Origin: an uncultured Pseudomonadota bacterium
GTDB lineage: Bacteria; Vulcanimicrobiota; Vulcanimicrobiia; Eremiobacterales; Eremiobacteraceae
Direction: 5' to 3'
Length of the DNA stretch: 64,000 nt
NCBI GenBank assembly: GCA_963736005.1
Contig: CAVTNB010000002.1
Location: 64,001 to 128,000 of the forward strand
Shown here: in pieces, positions 10,038 to 19,720 of the stretch
Numbering within the stretch: position 1 is the first letter of the stretch
How the letters are laid out: every line of letters begins with the position of its first letter
Position numbers and translations under genes: made by a program
Notes under the pieces: model-generated
Seen by the model: only the letters and a program-made list of their open reading frames with translations
Told to the model about the DNA's origin: nothing
The model's database searches: none

Positions 10038-11930
10038 ATGCACATAATCGGAACCGCGGGTCACGTCGATCATGGGAAGAGTTCGCTTGTCATCGCGCTG
10101 ACCGGGCATAATCCGGACCGGCTCATCGAAGAACGAGAGCGCGGCATGACGCTCGATCTTGGTTTTGCCCCGTTACGATTTTTCGATGGCATTGAGGCCG
10201 GGATCATCGACGTCCCCGGCCACGAGCGCTTCCTGCACAACATGCTCGCGGGAGCGCTCGGTATGGAACTTCTGTTGCTGGTCATCGCTGCACCGGATGG
10301 TCCGAAGCGTCAGACCTTCGAACATCTGCAGATTCTAAATTTTCTCAACGTCTCGCGGGCGATCATCGTTCTGAGCAAGATTGACCTTGTTGCGTCTCAA
10401 GACCGCTCGGTTGCTGCGCAGCTCGCGCGCGCGGCCTGCGAGGGCACGGTCGCAAGCGATGCGCCAATCATCGCGGTGTCTACGGTTACGGGCGAAGGGA
10501 TTGCCGAGCTGAAGGCGGCCATTCATGATGCGCTCGCTGCCCTGCCGCAGCGACGAGATAAAGCGCCTGCTTTTCTGCCAGTCGATCGGGTCTTTGCATT
10601 ACCCGGTCACGGTACGATCGTGACGGGAACGCTGATGCAGGGCACGCTGTCGGTCGGTGACACCCTTGCATTACAACCGTCAGGGCTTGTCGCGCGCGTG
10701 AAGAGCCTGCAGATTTTCGGCGCAAAAGTTCAAACGGCCACGGGCGGTTCGCGCGTGGCGGTGAACATTCCGGGCGTCAACGTGGATCAAATCGCGCGAG
10801 GGGAAACGTTGGTCGCCGCTCGCGAGTTCGTGCCGATTCGAGAACTCAACATTGAATTCTCTGCCGTCCCTTCGGCTCTCACCATATTGCGCAAACGAAT
10901 GCCCGTTCGGGCACACATTGGGTCGGCCGAGATCCTCGGTCAACTCCGCTTCGATGAAGCCGTGCCCGAAAGCACGAATCCGGCGCGGGCTAAAATCACG
11001 CTCTGGCATCCGGCCGTCTTCTATCCAGGCATGCGCCTCATCGTGCGCGGGATGAGTCCCAAAGACTTGCTCGGCGGGGCAACGGCACTCGCCGCCGGCT
11101 CACCCACAGGGGCAGCGAAGGCAAAGACCGAGATTGGCTTCGAAGACGCGCCCGAATCGGCAGCAGAGCTCGCGCAGGCGCTCGCCGGGTCCGGGCTCGC
11201 GCCTCTGAACGCTGCCCAGCTCGCAGCGCGAACCAACGTGACCATTTCGATTGCCGAGAAAGCCATTGCTTGGCTGAGCGAACACGGGCTTATCATCGCA
11301 CTGTCCAGACCTGTGGAGTTCATTTCGCGTTTGAGTGGCGATGCGGCGCTCGAACGGACCACGTCGTTTTTGAGGAAGCGTCATGATGAGGTGCCATGGC
11401 GTTTGGGCGCAAGCACTGCCGATATCGCGAAGGCTATTTCCGTTCCCGAGGGGCTCGCGGCGCGATTGCTCAACATCTGGCAAGAGGATGGTCGCGTCGC
11501 GTCTCGCGCCCGCTCTTGGCATCTGCCTGATTTTTCTCCCTCATTGAGCAAAGAACAAAAAGTCTTCTTCGATAACCTGCTGGCGATCTCGCCTGAGGCA
11601 CCATACATGCCGCATTCTCTCGACGCCCTTTCGGCTGCTGCAGCGAAGCACTCCAATGTTATGACAGAGGCCTTGGAATCGCTGCTCGCGGCCGGGTCGC
11701 TCGTGCGCATCGGCGATGATGTCTATCGCCGTTCTCAAATCGAGAGCGCCCAACAGGCGATCCGCAAACTCATGGGTGGCCAAGGTCAAGCGACCATGGC
11801 GCAACTGCGCGATGTTCTTGGCACATCGCGCAAGCATGCTTTGCCGCTGATGGAGCACTTTGACAGCGTAGGATTCACAATCCGTGACGGAGATCTGCGC
11901 CGCCTTCGCCACCAATCGCGAGGCATGTAG
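10038..11930 (+). CDS. selB: Selenocysteine-specific elongation factor
   Basis: GTAGHVDHGKS, EERERGMTLDLGF, DVPGHERF, and C-terminal winged helix RDVLGTSRKHALPLMEHFD. Confidence 0.97.
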   Translation: MHIIGTAGHVDHGKSSLVIALTGHNPDRLIEERERGMTLDLGFAPLRFFDGIEAGIIDVPGHERFLHNMLAGALGMELLLLVIAAPDGPKRQTFEHLQILNFLNVSRAIIVLSKIDLVASQDRSVAAQLARAACEGTVASDAPIIAVSTVTGEGIAELKAAIHDALAALPQRRDKAPAFLPVDRVFALPGHGTIVTGTLMQGTLSVGDTLALQPSGLVARVKSLQIFGAKVQTATGGSRVAVNIPGVNVDQIARGETLVAAREFVPIRELNIEFSAVPSALTILRKRMPVRAHIGSAEILGQLRFDEAVPESTNPARAKITLWHPAVFYPGMRLIVRGMSPKDLLGGATALAAGSPTGAAKAKTEIGFEDAPESAAELAQALAGSGLAPLNAAQLAARTNVTISIAEKAIAWLSEHGLIIALSRPVEFISRLSGDAALERTTSFLRKRHDEVPWRLGASTADIAKAISVPEGLAARLLNIWQEDGRVASRARSWHLPDFSPSLSKEQKVFFDNLLAISPEAPYMPHSLDALSAAAAKHSNVMTEALESLLAAGSLVRIGDDVYRRSQIESAQQAIRKLMGGQGQATMAQLRDVLGTSRKHALPLMEHFDSVGFTIRDGDLRRLRHQSRGM

Positions 11931-11953
11931 GGGGCGATTGGTAAATCGCCCCT
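11926..11953 (+). repeat. REP-like hairpin, family B
   Basis: TGTAGGGGGCGATTggtaAATCGCCCCT; its TAG is the selB stop codon. Confidence 0.8.
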
Positions 11954-11958
11954 CGCAG

Positions 11959-13071
11959 ATGAGCGCTTTGATTTTTGTTTGGCACTGGTTCTTCGCGTCG
12001 TTTGCAATGTTCTGGCAAGTGCTTTGGTCGCTTCTCCTCGGCTTTATGCTCTCCGCAATGATTCAGGCTTACGTGCCAAAAGGTGGCTTGAGCAAAATGT
12101 TCGGGCGCGCTGGCTTTCGGGAACTCGCGCTTGCAACCGGCTTGGGGGCGGCGAGCTCCTCATGCAGCTATGCCGCTGCCGCGACGGCCAAATCGATGTT
12201 CAAGCGCGGCGCGAATTTTACGGTCGCGATGGTGTTCATGTTTGCATCGACGAACCTCGTGATCGAACTCGGCTTGGTTCTCTGGCAATTGATGGGTTGG
12301 CCGTTTGTCGTGGCCGAGTGGGTCGGTGGCTTCGTGCTCATTGCCACCTTTGTTCTTTTCTCTAAGCTCTTGTTGCCAAAGCGCTTAGTTGAAGAGGGAC
12401 GGACGCACGTCGAAGAAGAGGACAACTCCGGGCACGATCACGGCGAGATGCTCGCTCCAGGCCGCACGCTCATGGACAAGCTGCGCTCGTCGACCGGTTG
12501 GACGTATGTGGCGCATTATTTTGCCATGGACTGGTCGATGCTGCAGATTGACCTGCTGCTTGGCTTTGTCATCGCCGGTTTTTTGGCGATTGCGATACCC
12601 GCGAGCCTCTGGCAGCACGTGTACGTGACTTCGGCGCCAGCCCCGGTGCGCGCGGTCGAGAACGCACTTGTGGGGCCACTTATCGCGGTCGTCAGCTTTG
12701 TCTGTTCCATTGGCAACGTTCCGCTCGCGGCGGTGCTTTGGAACGCGGGCAGCACGTTCGGCGGTGTGATCGCATTCCTGTACGCCGACCTTATCGTTTT
12801 ACCGCTCATCGACGCCTATCGTAAATACTATGGTTGGGCCCTTGCCCTCCGCATGGCGGGCGTCTTTTACATCTCGATGGTGGTTGCCGGACTGATCGTA
12901 GAACTTGCCTTCGCAGCGCTTCACGTTACTCCGCATGCGCATGGCTCATTTCTGATGCGCATCGAGACGATTCAGCTCAACTACACCTTCGTGCTCAATG
13001 TGTTCTTCGGAACCGCTGCCTTGGTGCTTGTGTGGTGGGGCCGCCGCTCGCCAATGCATCATGCAATGTAA
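11959..13071 (+). CDS. DUF318/ArsP-like permease
   Basis: Multi-TM protein with SSSCSYAA, FASTNLV, FVCSIGNVPLA and a His/acidic loop (HVEEEDNSGHDH). Confidence 0.85.
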   Translation: MSALIFVWHWFFASFAMFWQVLWSLLLGFMLSAMIQAYVPKGGLSKMFGRAGFRELALATGLGAASSSCSYAAAATAKSMFKRGANFTVAMVFMFASTNLVIELGLVLWQLMGWPFVVAEWVGGFVLIATFVLFSKLLLPKRLVEEGRTHVEEEDNSGHDHGEMLAPGRTLMDKLRSSTGWTYVAHYFAMDWSMLQIDLLLGFVIAGFLAIAIPASLWQHVYVTSAPAPVRAVENALVGPLIAVVSFVCSIGNVPLAAVLWNAGSTFGGVIAFLYADLIVLPLIDAYRKYYGWALALRMAGVFYISMVVAGLIVELAFAALHVTPHAHGSFLMRIETIQLNYTFVLNVFFGTAALVLVWWGRRSPMHHAM

Positions 13072-13092
13072 CAGCGGACCACCCTAATCACA

Positions 13093-14001
13093 ATGGGCAT
13101 CATCTTGGGCTTGTTGGCCGGCATCACGTACGGCGCGGCCGATTTCATCGGCGGCCTTGCGACCCGTCGCTCAACCGTTTTTTCCGTTGTCGTCGTCTCG
13201 CAGCTGACGGGCTTACTCCTCCTCCTCGCGCTGCTGCCAATACTCCCTGCAGCGCACCCGCAGCGCGACGATATCGTGTGGGGATTGCTCTCCGGCGCCG
13301 CCGGGGCGCTGGGCATTTCGCTGCTGTATCGCGGTCTTGCAATCGGGCGCATGAGTCTGGTTTCGCCGATTACCGCAGTCATCGCAGCCATCATCCCGTT
13401 TGTGACAGGCCTCCTGCTGCGCGAACGGCCATCATCATTTGCAATCGCTGGCGTCGGCATCGCGTTGCTCGCAGTCGTGTTTGTGTCGTCCACCGAAATG
13501 CCTGGCCAGCCGGCGTCAAACGCAGCGCCGGGATTTGTTGGGACGCCTCTGGTTTCAAAGAATCCCAACGCCATGCGCACCTGGCTCCTCCAGCCCGGGC
13601 TTTTTGAGGCAGCGCTTTCCGGCATCGGCATCGGATTGTTTTATGTCTTCCTCGCGCACACGCACGCACAGGCCGGCATGTGGCCCTTGGCCGGCGCGCG
13701 CCTGTCGTCCGCGAGCATTCTCACGGCCATCGCGCTCATTACTCGTCGATCTGTGCTGCCGAATTCGGGCGGGTGGGGGCCAATCGCGATTGCAGGCGTC
13801 CTCGATATGTTTGCCAATGCCTGCTACCTGCTCGCCACCCGCCACGGGTTGCTTGCGATCGTTGCAGTTCTGGCTTCGCTGTATCCGGCGAGTACGGTGC
13901 TCTTGGCCCGCATCGTCCTACACGAAAAACTGAGCGCACTGCAGCTGGTCGGAGTTGCGTGTGCCCTAGTTGCAATTGCGCTCATCGCAGTGGGCTCGTG
14001 A
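13093..14001 (+). CDS. EamA/DMT family transporter
   Basis: About 10 TM helices; YGAADF.GG, LLRERP, ASLYP, VLHEKL. Confidence 0.9.
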   Translation: MGIILGLLAGITYGAADFIGGLATRRSTVFSVVVVSQLTGLLLLLALLPILPAAHPQRDDIVWGLLSGAAGALGISLLYRGLAIGRMSLVSPITAVIAAIIPFVTGLLLRERPSSFAIAGVGIALLAVVFVSSTEMPGQPASNAAPGFVGTPLVSKNPNAMRTWLLQPGLFEAALSGIGIGLFYVFLAHTHAQAGMWPLAGARLSSASILTAIALITRRSVLPNSGGWGPIAIAGVLDMFANACYLLATRHGLLAIVAVLASLYPASTVLLARIVLHEKLSALQLVGVACALVAIALIAVGS

Positions 14002-14009
14002 GGAACCAA

Positions 14010-14507
14010 ATGCAGGACAGCGACCGAACTCGCACCGTCAGTTGGAAAGATCCAAGCCTTGTCGCGGATGCGGCCAAGACCAAAAGCGGCCTCGAGCGAC
14101 TCCAGGCGATCATGCGAGGCGAAGTCCCAGCGGCGCCGATGGCCATCCTCGTCGGCATTTCGCTTACCAGCGTCGAGCCTGGCGTTGTTGTCTTCGAAGG
14201 GCAGCCCGCCGAGTACCATTACAATATCGGGGGTGTTGCGCATGGCGGCTTTGCTTGCACGCTCCTAGATTCCGCGCTGGGCTGTGCGGTGACCTCAACG
14301 TTACCGGCGGGCCGAAGCTGCGCGACGACCGACCTGCACGTGCGTTTCATTCGACCCATCACCCTGAGCAGCGGACGGGTGCGCTGCGAGGCACGCGTTT
14401 TGCACGTCGGTAAAACGATCGCCACCGCGGAGGCGAACGTTACGGACGCGGCCGGAAAATTGTGCGCGCACGCGACGACCGCGTGCGCGATTTCGCAAGA
14501 AGGATAA
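14010..14507 (+). CDS. PaaI-family thioesterase
   Basis: N..G.AHGG..CTLLDSALG hotdog-fold motif; SD GAGGA before ATG 14010. Confidence 0.9.
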   Translation: MQDSDRTRTVSWKDPSLVADAAKTKSGLERLQAIMRGEVPAAPMAILVGISLTSVEPGVVVFEGQPAEYHYNIGGVAHGGFACTLLDSALGCAVTSTLPAGRSCATTDLHVRFIRPITLSSGRVRCEARVLHVGKTIATAEANVTDAAGKLCAHATTACAISQEG

Positions 14508-14520
14508 CGAATAAACCCGG

Positions 14521-14546
14521 AGCGGACCTAAAGGTCCGCTGCTACA
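14521..14546 (-). repeat. REP-like hairpin, family A
   Basis: Minus strand TGTAGCAGCGGACCtttaGGTCCGCT, directly after the sulfurtransferase stop; differs by 1 nt from the 20281 copy. Confidence 0.85.
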
Positions 14547-15414
14547 TTACGCGGGGGTGGGGGTCGCGACTTCTTTCACGATCGGCACATCGATGAGATT
14601 GCCATATTCCGTCCACGATCCGTCGTAGTTGCGAACGCTCTCGAAGCCCAGCAGATACTTGAGCGCAAACCACGTGTGCGACGAGCGCTCACCGATCCGG
14701 CAGTACGCGATAATGTCTTTCTTCGGTGTCGACTCCCTTGCCACCATACAAGTCCGACAGCTCATCCGCACTCTTGAACGTTCCATCGTCGCGCACCGCC
14801 TGCGCCCACGGGACGTTCACAGCGCCCGGAATGTGCCCAGCTCGCTGCGCCGTTTCCGTCATCCCCGGCGGCGCAATAATCTCGCCGTTGAATTCCGGCG
14901 CCGAGCGGACGTCCACTAAGTAATACGACTTGTCGGCAACCGCTTCCAACACCAGATCGCGCTTGGCCCGCAATTCTGGATTGACTTCGGTGACGCGATA
15001 CTGCGTCCGCGGGTACGTGGGCACGTCCTTGGTCAGCGGCCGGTTCTCGGCAACCCACTTCTTGCGGCCGCCATCGATGAGCAGCACCTTTTCGTGTCCG
15101 TAGTACTTGAGGATCCAAAACGCAAAGGCGGCGAACCAATTGTTGTTGTCGCCATAGAGCACGACAGTTGTGTTGTTCGCAACACCGCTCGCCGAGAGCA
15201 GCTCTTCGATTTCCTCGGTCGTCGGAATGTCGCGCCGAATCGGATCGTTGAGCTGCGTTTGCCAGTTGAAGCCAATGGCTCCCGGCATATGTCCTTGCTC
15301 GTAGGCGGTCGTGTCCACGTCTACTTCAATGAAGCGCAAATTCGGATCGTTCGTATGTTGCTGTGCCCAATCCGTGGTCACCAAAACTTCGGGGTGGGCG
15401 TAGTCTCGAGCCAT
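14547..15414 (-). pseudogene. Two-domain rhodanese/thiosulfate sulfurtransferase (CysA/SseA-like) with apparent +1 insertion near 14730; possibly an assembly error
   Basis: The N-part (GHMPGA, DGGRKKW, DVRS..EF.G, GHIPGA) and the C-part ([17 protein letters not shown]) are in different frames. Span 868 nt = 3n+1. Confidence 0.88.
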
Positions 15415-15533
15415 AGTGTGGGACTCCTTCGGTCGTACGTTAAGGGGCCTCAACTGTTCGTCGCCTCCCCGCCCTCTCCTCGACGGTAACCTAGAGGTAA
15501 GCGCCAAGAAACCCTTAATTTCGAAAACATCTC

Positions 15534-16956
15534 ATGTTTTTTCAGCAAGTCTATGACGAAGGGCTCGCGCAGGCTTCGTACGTGATTGGGTGCGAGTCGA
15601 CCGGCGAGGCTCTGGTCGTCGACCCGCGCCGCGATGTCGATGCGTATACTGCCCTTGCCGCTCGACACGACTTGCACATCGTGGGAGTCGCGGAAACGCA
15701 CATTCATGCGGACTACCTATCCGGCGGCCGCGAACTCGCAGCCGCCACCGGCGCAACCCTCTATCTCTCGGGGCTTGGCGACGAGGGCGAGGGATACGTT
15801 GCAAACCAGCCCGACGTTCGGGTCAAACTGGTGCGCAATGGTGATGAGATTCGCATTGGTGAAGTTCGCGCCCGCGTGCGCCACACGCCAGGGCATACCC
15901 CAGAGCACATTTGTTTTGAGATCTTCGATGGATCTGACAAGACCGTGCCCATGATGTTGCTCAGCGGCGACTTCATTTTTGTCGGAGATCTCGGCCGGCC
16001 CGACTTGCTCGAACAGTCGCTCGGTAAGACCGGGAGTGCGCAAGCCAGCGCGCGCACCCTGTTTGGGAGCCTGCGCCGGCGTGCTGCAGGACTTGCCGGA
16101 TTTTGTGGCGATCTGGCCGGCGCACGGTGCAGGATCTGCATGCGGCAAAGCCCTGGGCGCCGTGCCCAGTACGACGCTCGGTTACGAGCGTCGTTTTTCT
16201 TGGTGGAGTCAATTTCTCGAAAATGGCGATGAGGCTGGGTTCGTCAAGGCGCTGCTCCAAGGGCAGCCAGATGCCCCGACGTACTTCGCACGCATGAAGC
16301 ATGACAATCGCGGTTTCACGCCATTGCTGCATTCGTTGCCGCAACCTCCGCTGCTTGACGCGACAGCCCTGCGCGCGGCGCTCGACGCGGGCGCTGCGCT
16401 CGTTGATACCCGCCCGCGCGATCAATTCTGCTCGCTCCACATCAAGGGGGCCCTTTCGGTGCCGGATCGATCCCCGTTCGCAAGCCGCAGCGCCTGGTTT
16501 CTTTCCCCCGACCAACCCATCGTGCTGCTAGCGGACCAAGAGCGAATAAAGCCACTCGTGCGCGCGCTTGTGCGCGTGGGTTTGGATCGCGTGGTCGGCT
16601 ACATCAAAGACGTACAATCCTCGGGACTGCCAACCGCCTCGTTGCCACAAGTGAATCCGGAGGAGGCCAAGCGGCGTTGGTCCGCGCGCGAGGCGGTGCT
16701 CATTGATGTGCGCCAGCGTGCTGAGTTCGCCCTTGCCCACATCCCAAACACCACGCACGTCAGCGCGGGTTCGCTCGCAGCAAGCCTCGCGGTCATTCCG
16801 CGCAATCAGCCCATCCTTGTGTTCTGCGCCGGCGGTGACCGCTCGGTGGCTGTGGCCAGCGTTCTGCGTGCCTCGGGCTTCGAAAACGTCGCCAACATGC
16901 GTGGCGGCTTTGACGAATGGAAGTCACGCGGCTTTCCCGCCGAATCTGGGCTCTAA
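15534..16956 (+). pseudogene. MBL-fold persulfide dioxygenase fused to rhodanese domains (CstB-like) with apparent +1 insertion near 16077; possibly an assembly error
   Basis: ETHIHADYLSG, HTPGHTPEH, GDFIFVGDLGRPDL in one frame; PAHGAGSACGK and rhodanese FCAGGDRS in the next. Span 1423 nt = 3n+1. Confidence 0.88.
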
Positions 16957-17061
16957 CGGGCTCCACTTCGTTCGCGATTTGTTCTAGCAGTGTAGGTCCA
17001 GTGCAACCCGAGTCGAACAGCCTAGCTTCGCTTTTTAACAACCTTTGTAAGGAGGTTTGCA

Positions 17062-17769
17062 ATGGCTTCTCGGAAGCAGTTTTTGGCGACAACTGCGCTC
17101 GGTGTTTCGGCTGCAGCTCTTTCCCAGGCGGGCATCGCGGCTGCGGCGCCAGCCGGCCGCACGCCGGTTCACTTTCACGTTGTCAAGCCTGGCGAATTCG
17201 ACAACGCGGCAATGACAAAAATCCTCACGCAAAACAATGACAACAAACAAGTCTTTCAATCTGTCGAGTTGCTCACGGTCGCCCCAGGCGTTGCGAGCCT
17301 CTACATCCACATGCAGAACGCCATGAACGCTTATCAGTTTTCCTATGGCTTAGGTGCGGGGAGCTTGGCGACGCTTGCCGTGCTCATTGGTCCATCGATC
17401 GTGCTGGGACTCAATGACGCGATGTGGCACAAGTATCACATTGGCGCGGCGTTCAAACTCGACTCCACCAACACGTACTACCAGGCGGATTCGAATCTCG
17501 ACCCATCCGCAAGCCCCGATGACCCCAATGGAATCTATCAGGACTGGAGCGCCCAAGCGTGCCTCAAACGCGGCGCTTCGTTCATGATGTGCCACAACGC
17601 CACGACGGCTGTCGCCGGGGTGCTCGGGCAGGCAGCCAACGTTGATCCGGCCACCGCGCTCTCGGACTTCGTCCACAATATGCTCCCAGGGTTTCTTATG
17701 GTTCCCGCGGGGGTTGCAGCGGTGCAAGCAGCGCAGTCAAATGGTTGGAAACTGTTTCCGATCATCTAA
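17062..17769 (+). CDS. Tat-exported DsrE-like protein
   Basis: SRKQFL Tat-like motif plus AxA cleavage region; LKRGASFMMCHNA and VPAGV..VQAAQ..G resemble DsrE-like proteins; strong SD AAGGAGGT. Confidence 0.7.
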   Translation: MASRKQFLATTALGVSAAALSQAGIAAAAPAGRTPVHFHVVKPGEFDNAAMTKILTQNNDNKQVFQSVELLTVAPGVASLYIHMQNAMNAYQFSYGLGAGSLATLAVLIGPSIVLGLNDAMWHKYHIGAAFKLDSTNTYYQADSNLDPSASPDDPNGIYQDWSAQACLKRGASFMMCHNATTAVAGVLGQAANVDPATALSDFVHNMLPGFLMVPAGVAAVQAAQSNGWKLFPII

Positions 17770-18552
17770 ATGGCGTCGCTCGTCTTACTTGCGCTCTACG
17801 GGCTGATCGTTGGTATCTCATTAGGGCTAACTGGCGGAGGGGGATCGATTCTCACGGTCCCTCTCCTCGTTTATCTTGTCGGCCAACCCGTGCACGTCGC
17901 CATTCCGACCTCCCTTGTGGTCGTGGGCGCAACCGCATTCTCTGGCTACGCCCGCCGGATATCCCAAGCGAACTCATTCGACGGAATCGTGGTCGGTCTC
18001 GCGGGCATTTTTGGCGCCGTGCCCGGACGGCTCTTCGCGCAATCTTTTTCTGGTCGCACGCTGTTGCTGCTCTTTGCGGCGATCATGCTCGTGGCTGCAG
18101 TCTTGATGTTTCGCTCAAAGACGTATACCTCGCGGACTGGGCCAAGACCACATTGGGCTCTGGTCATCGCTGTCGGCGTGGCGATCGGATTCCTTACCGG
18201 GTTCTTGGGGGTGGGAGGTGGTTTTCTCATCGTTCCGGGTCTCGTGCTCTTGCTCGGCACATCAATGGAGATTGCGATACCAACCTCACTGCTCGTCATC
18301 GCCATCAACTGCGCCTCGGCCCTCCTCGGCCCGCTCTTGCTCGGACATGGCTCGGCGGCGATCGGAGCTATCGATTGGCGGGTTGCACTCCTCTTTGTGG
18401 CCGGCGGTATTGTGGGCGCGGTGTTGGGACGAGCGGCCGCCAGTCGGCTCGATCAGCGAATGCTCAAGCAGGTGTTTGCGGTCTTTATCTTCGCTGTTGC
18501 GCTCTTTGTGGTGGGCAGCACTACGGGAGTGATCCCGCTGGCCGTAAAATAG
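17770..18552 (+). CDS. Sulfite exporter TauE/SafE family
   Basis: Duplicated G.GGG..VP motifs (GLTGGGGSILTVP, GFLGVGGGFLIVP), AIPTSL twice, about 8 TM. Confidence 0.92.
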   Translation: MASLVLLALYGLIVGISLGLTGGGGSILTVPLLVYLVGQPVHVAIPTSLVVVGATAFSGYARRISQANSFDGIVVGLAGIFGAVPGRLFAQSFSGRTLLLLFAAIMLVAAVLMFRSKTYTSRTGPRPHWALVIAVGVAIGFLTGFLGVGGGFLIVPGLVLLLGTSMEIAIPTSLLVIAINCASALLGPLLLGHGSAAIGAIDWRVALLFVAGGIVGAVLGRAAASRLDQRMLKQVFAVFIFAVALFVVGSTTGVIPLAVK

Positions 18553-18566
18553 TGTTTGTTTTTCGC

Positions 18567-18908
18567 ATGGCTGACAGAGGCGGATTGCTTCACCCGGATA
18601 TCGACGACTACGATCCAAAACAGACCCAAGCCGAAGTAAGTGCCGGTGCGATGCTCGTCGACGTCCGCGAACCACACGAGTGGAATCTTGGTCACCTGCC
18701 CGGTGCCCAGCACATTCCAATGGGTGAGATCCCAAGTAGACTTGCGGAGCTGCCGCGCAACCGAAAGATCATCTTTACTTGCCGGTCTGGCAATCGCAGC
18801 GGGCACATCAAAGACCTGCTCATCGACGAGTTCGGCTATACCGACGTGCACAACCAACTCGGCGGTATTATCGCCTGGCAGCTCGACGGGTTGCCCACCG
18901 TCAAATGA
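18567..18908 (+). CDS. Single-domain rhodanese
   Basis: LVDVREPHEW..GHLPGA.HIP, CRSGNRS, GGIIAW. Start 18567 or TTG 18585. Confidence 0.9.
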   Translation: MADRGGLLHPDIDDYDPKQTQAEVSAGAMLVDVREPHEWNLGHLPGAQHIPMGEIPSRLAELPRNRKIIFTCRSGNRSGHIKDLLIDEFGYTDVHNQLGGIIAWQLDGLPTVK

Positions 18909-19720
18909 TTCGGGCGGCCTCGCTCATTTCGCTCGCAGCCGGGTGCGCGATCGTCGTTGCCTGCGCGGGCCAGATGCACTCCCAAACGCAGGCGCCCGCA
19001 ATCGATCCGGCGTCATTTGCGGCCAACGCAACGTTTCCGCCAGGACCTTCGGGTCAGCTGATCGCGTATGGTCACGACCTCATCGCGCAAACCCCCAAAT
19101 ATGCAGCTGAGAATATTACCGCACGCATGTCGTGCGCCGCGTGCCATCCAAACGCGGGGCGAACGCCTCACGAGGGGTCGCTGCTTGGCATCTACGCCAT
19201 GTTTCCCCAGTGGAACAAGCGTTCCAAACGCTTCATTGCATTGCAAGACCGCATTGCCGAATGTTTCCTCTACAGCATGAATGGCAAACCCCCAGCATAC
19301 TACAGCAAAGAGATGGTTGCGATCACTGCCTACATTGCCTTTCTTTCACGCGGTGCCAAAGTTGGCGAAGGTTTTCAAAATCAGGCTGCCGTCAAGGTCA
19401 AGGCCGGTGCCCCAAATGTCTCCAATGGAGCGCGTATTTACGCGGCGCGCTGCGTGTCGTGCCACGGCGCGACTGGCAACGGTGCCATGGATGGAGATCC
19501 TCCGTTGTGGGGCTCGGCGTCATTTAACGACAAAGCCGGCATGAGCCGGATGGATCGTATTGCCCCGTTTGTGCGGACAGCCATGCCCTTCAACGCTCCC
19601 GGCACGCTCTCCGACCAAGAAGCAACCGACGTTGCCGCATTCATCTTGACCAAGCCTCGACCGCATTTTGACAAGTCGAAGCTCGTGCAGTTTCCGTTAG
19701 AGAAAGCTTCTTATTTCTAA
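18905..19720 (+). CDS. tsdA: Diheme cytochrome c, thiosulfate dehydrogenase TsdA-like
   Basis: Two CxxCH motifs (CAACH, CVSCH), RIAECFLYSMNG carrying the TsdA-type active-site Cys, PPLWG..SFN..AGM, MP; signal peptide or lipobox; ATGA overlap. Confidence 0.82.
   Translation: MIRAASLISLAAGCAIVVACAGQMHSQTQAPAIDPASFAANATFPPGPSGQLIAYGHDLIAQTPKYAAENITARMSCAACHPNAGRTPHEGSLLGIYAMFPQWNKRSKRFIALQDRIAECFLYSMNGKPPAYYSKEMVAITAYIAFLSRGAKVGEGFQNQAAVKVKAGAPNVSNGARIYAARCVSCHGATGNGAMDGDPPLWGSASFNDKAGMSRMDRIAPFVRTAMPFNAPGTLSDQEATDVAAFILTKPRPHFDKSKLVQFPLEKASYF

Noticed and set aside
9988..10040. UGA read-through fusing the DUF4097 gene to selB
   Set aside because: The 47-nt spacer puts selB out of frame.
14689..16232. 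Programmed ribosomal frameshifting in the two sulfur genes
   Set aside because: No slippery heptamer or stimulatory structure at the junctions; single-base errors or mutations are simpler.
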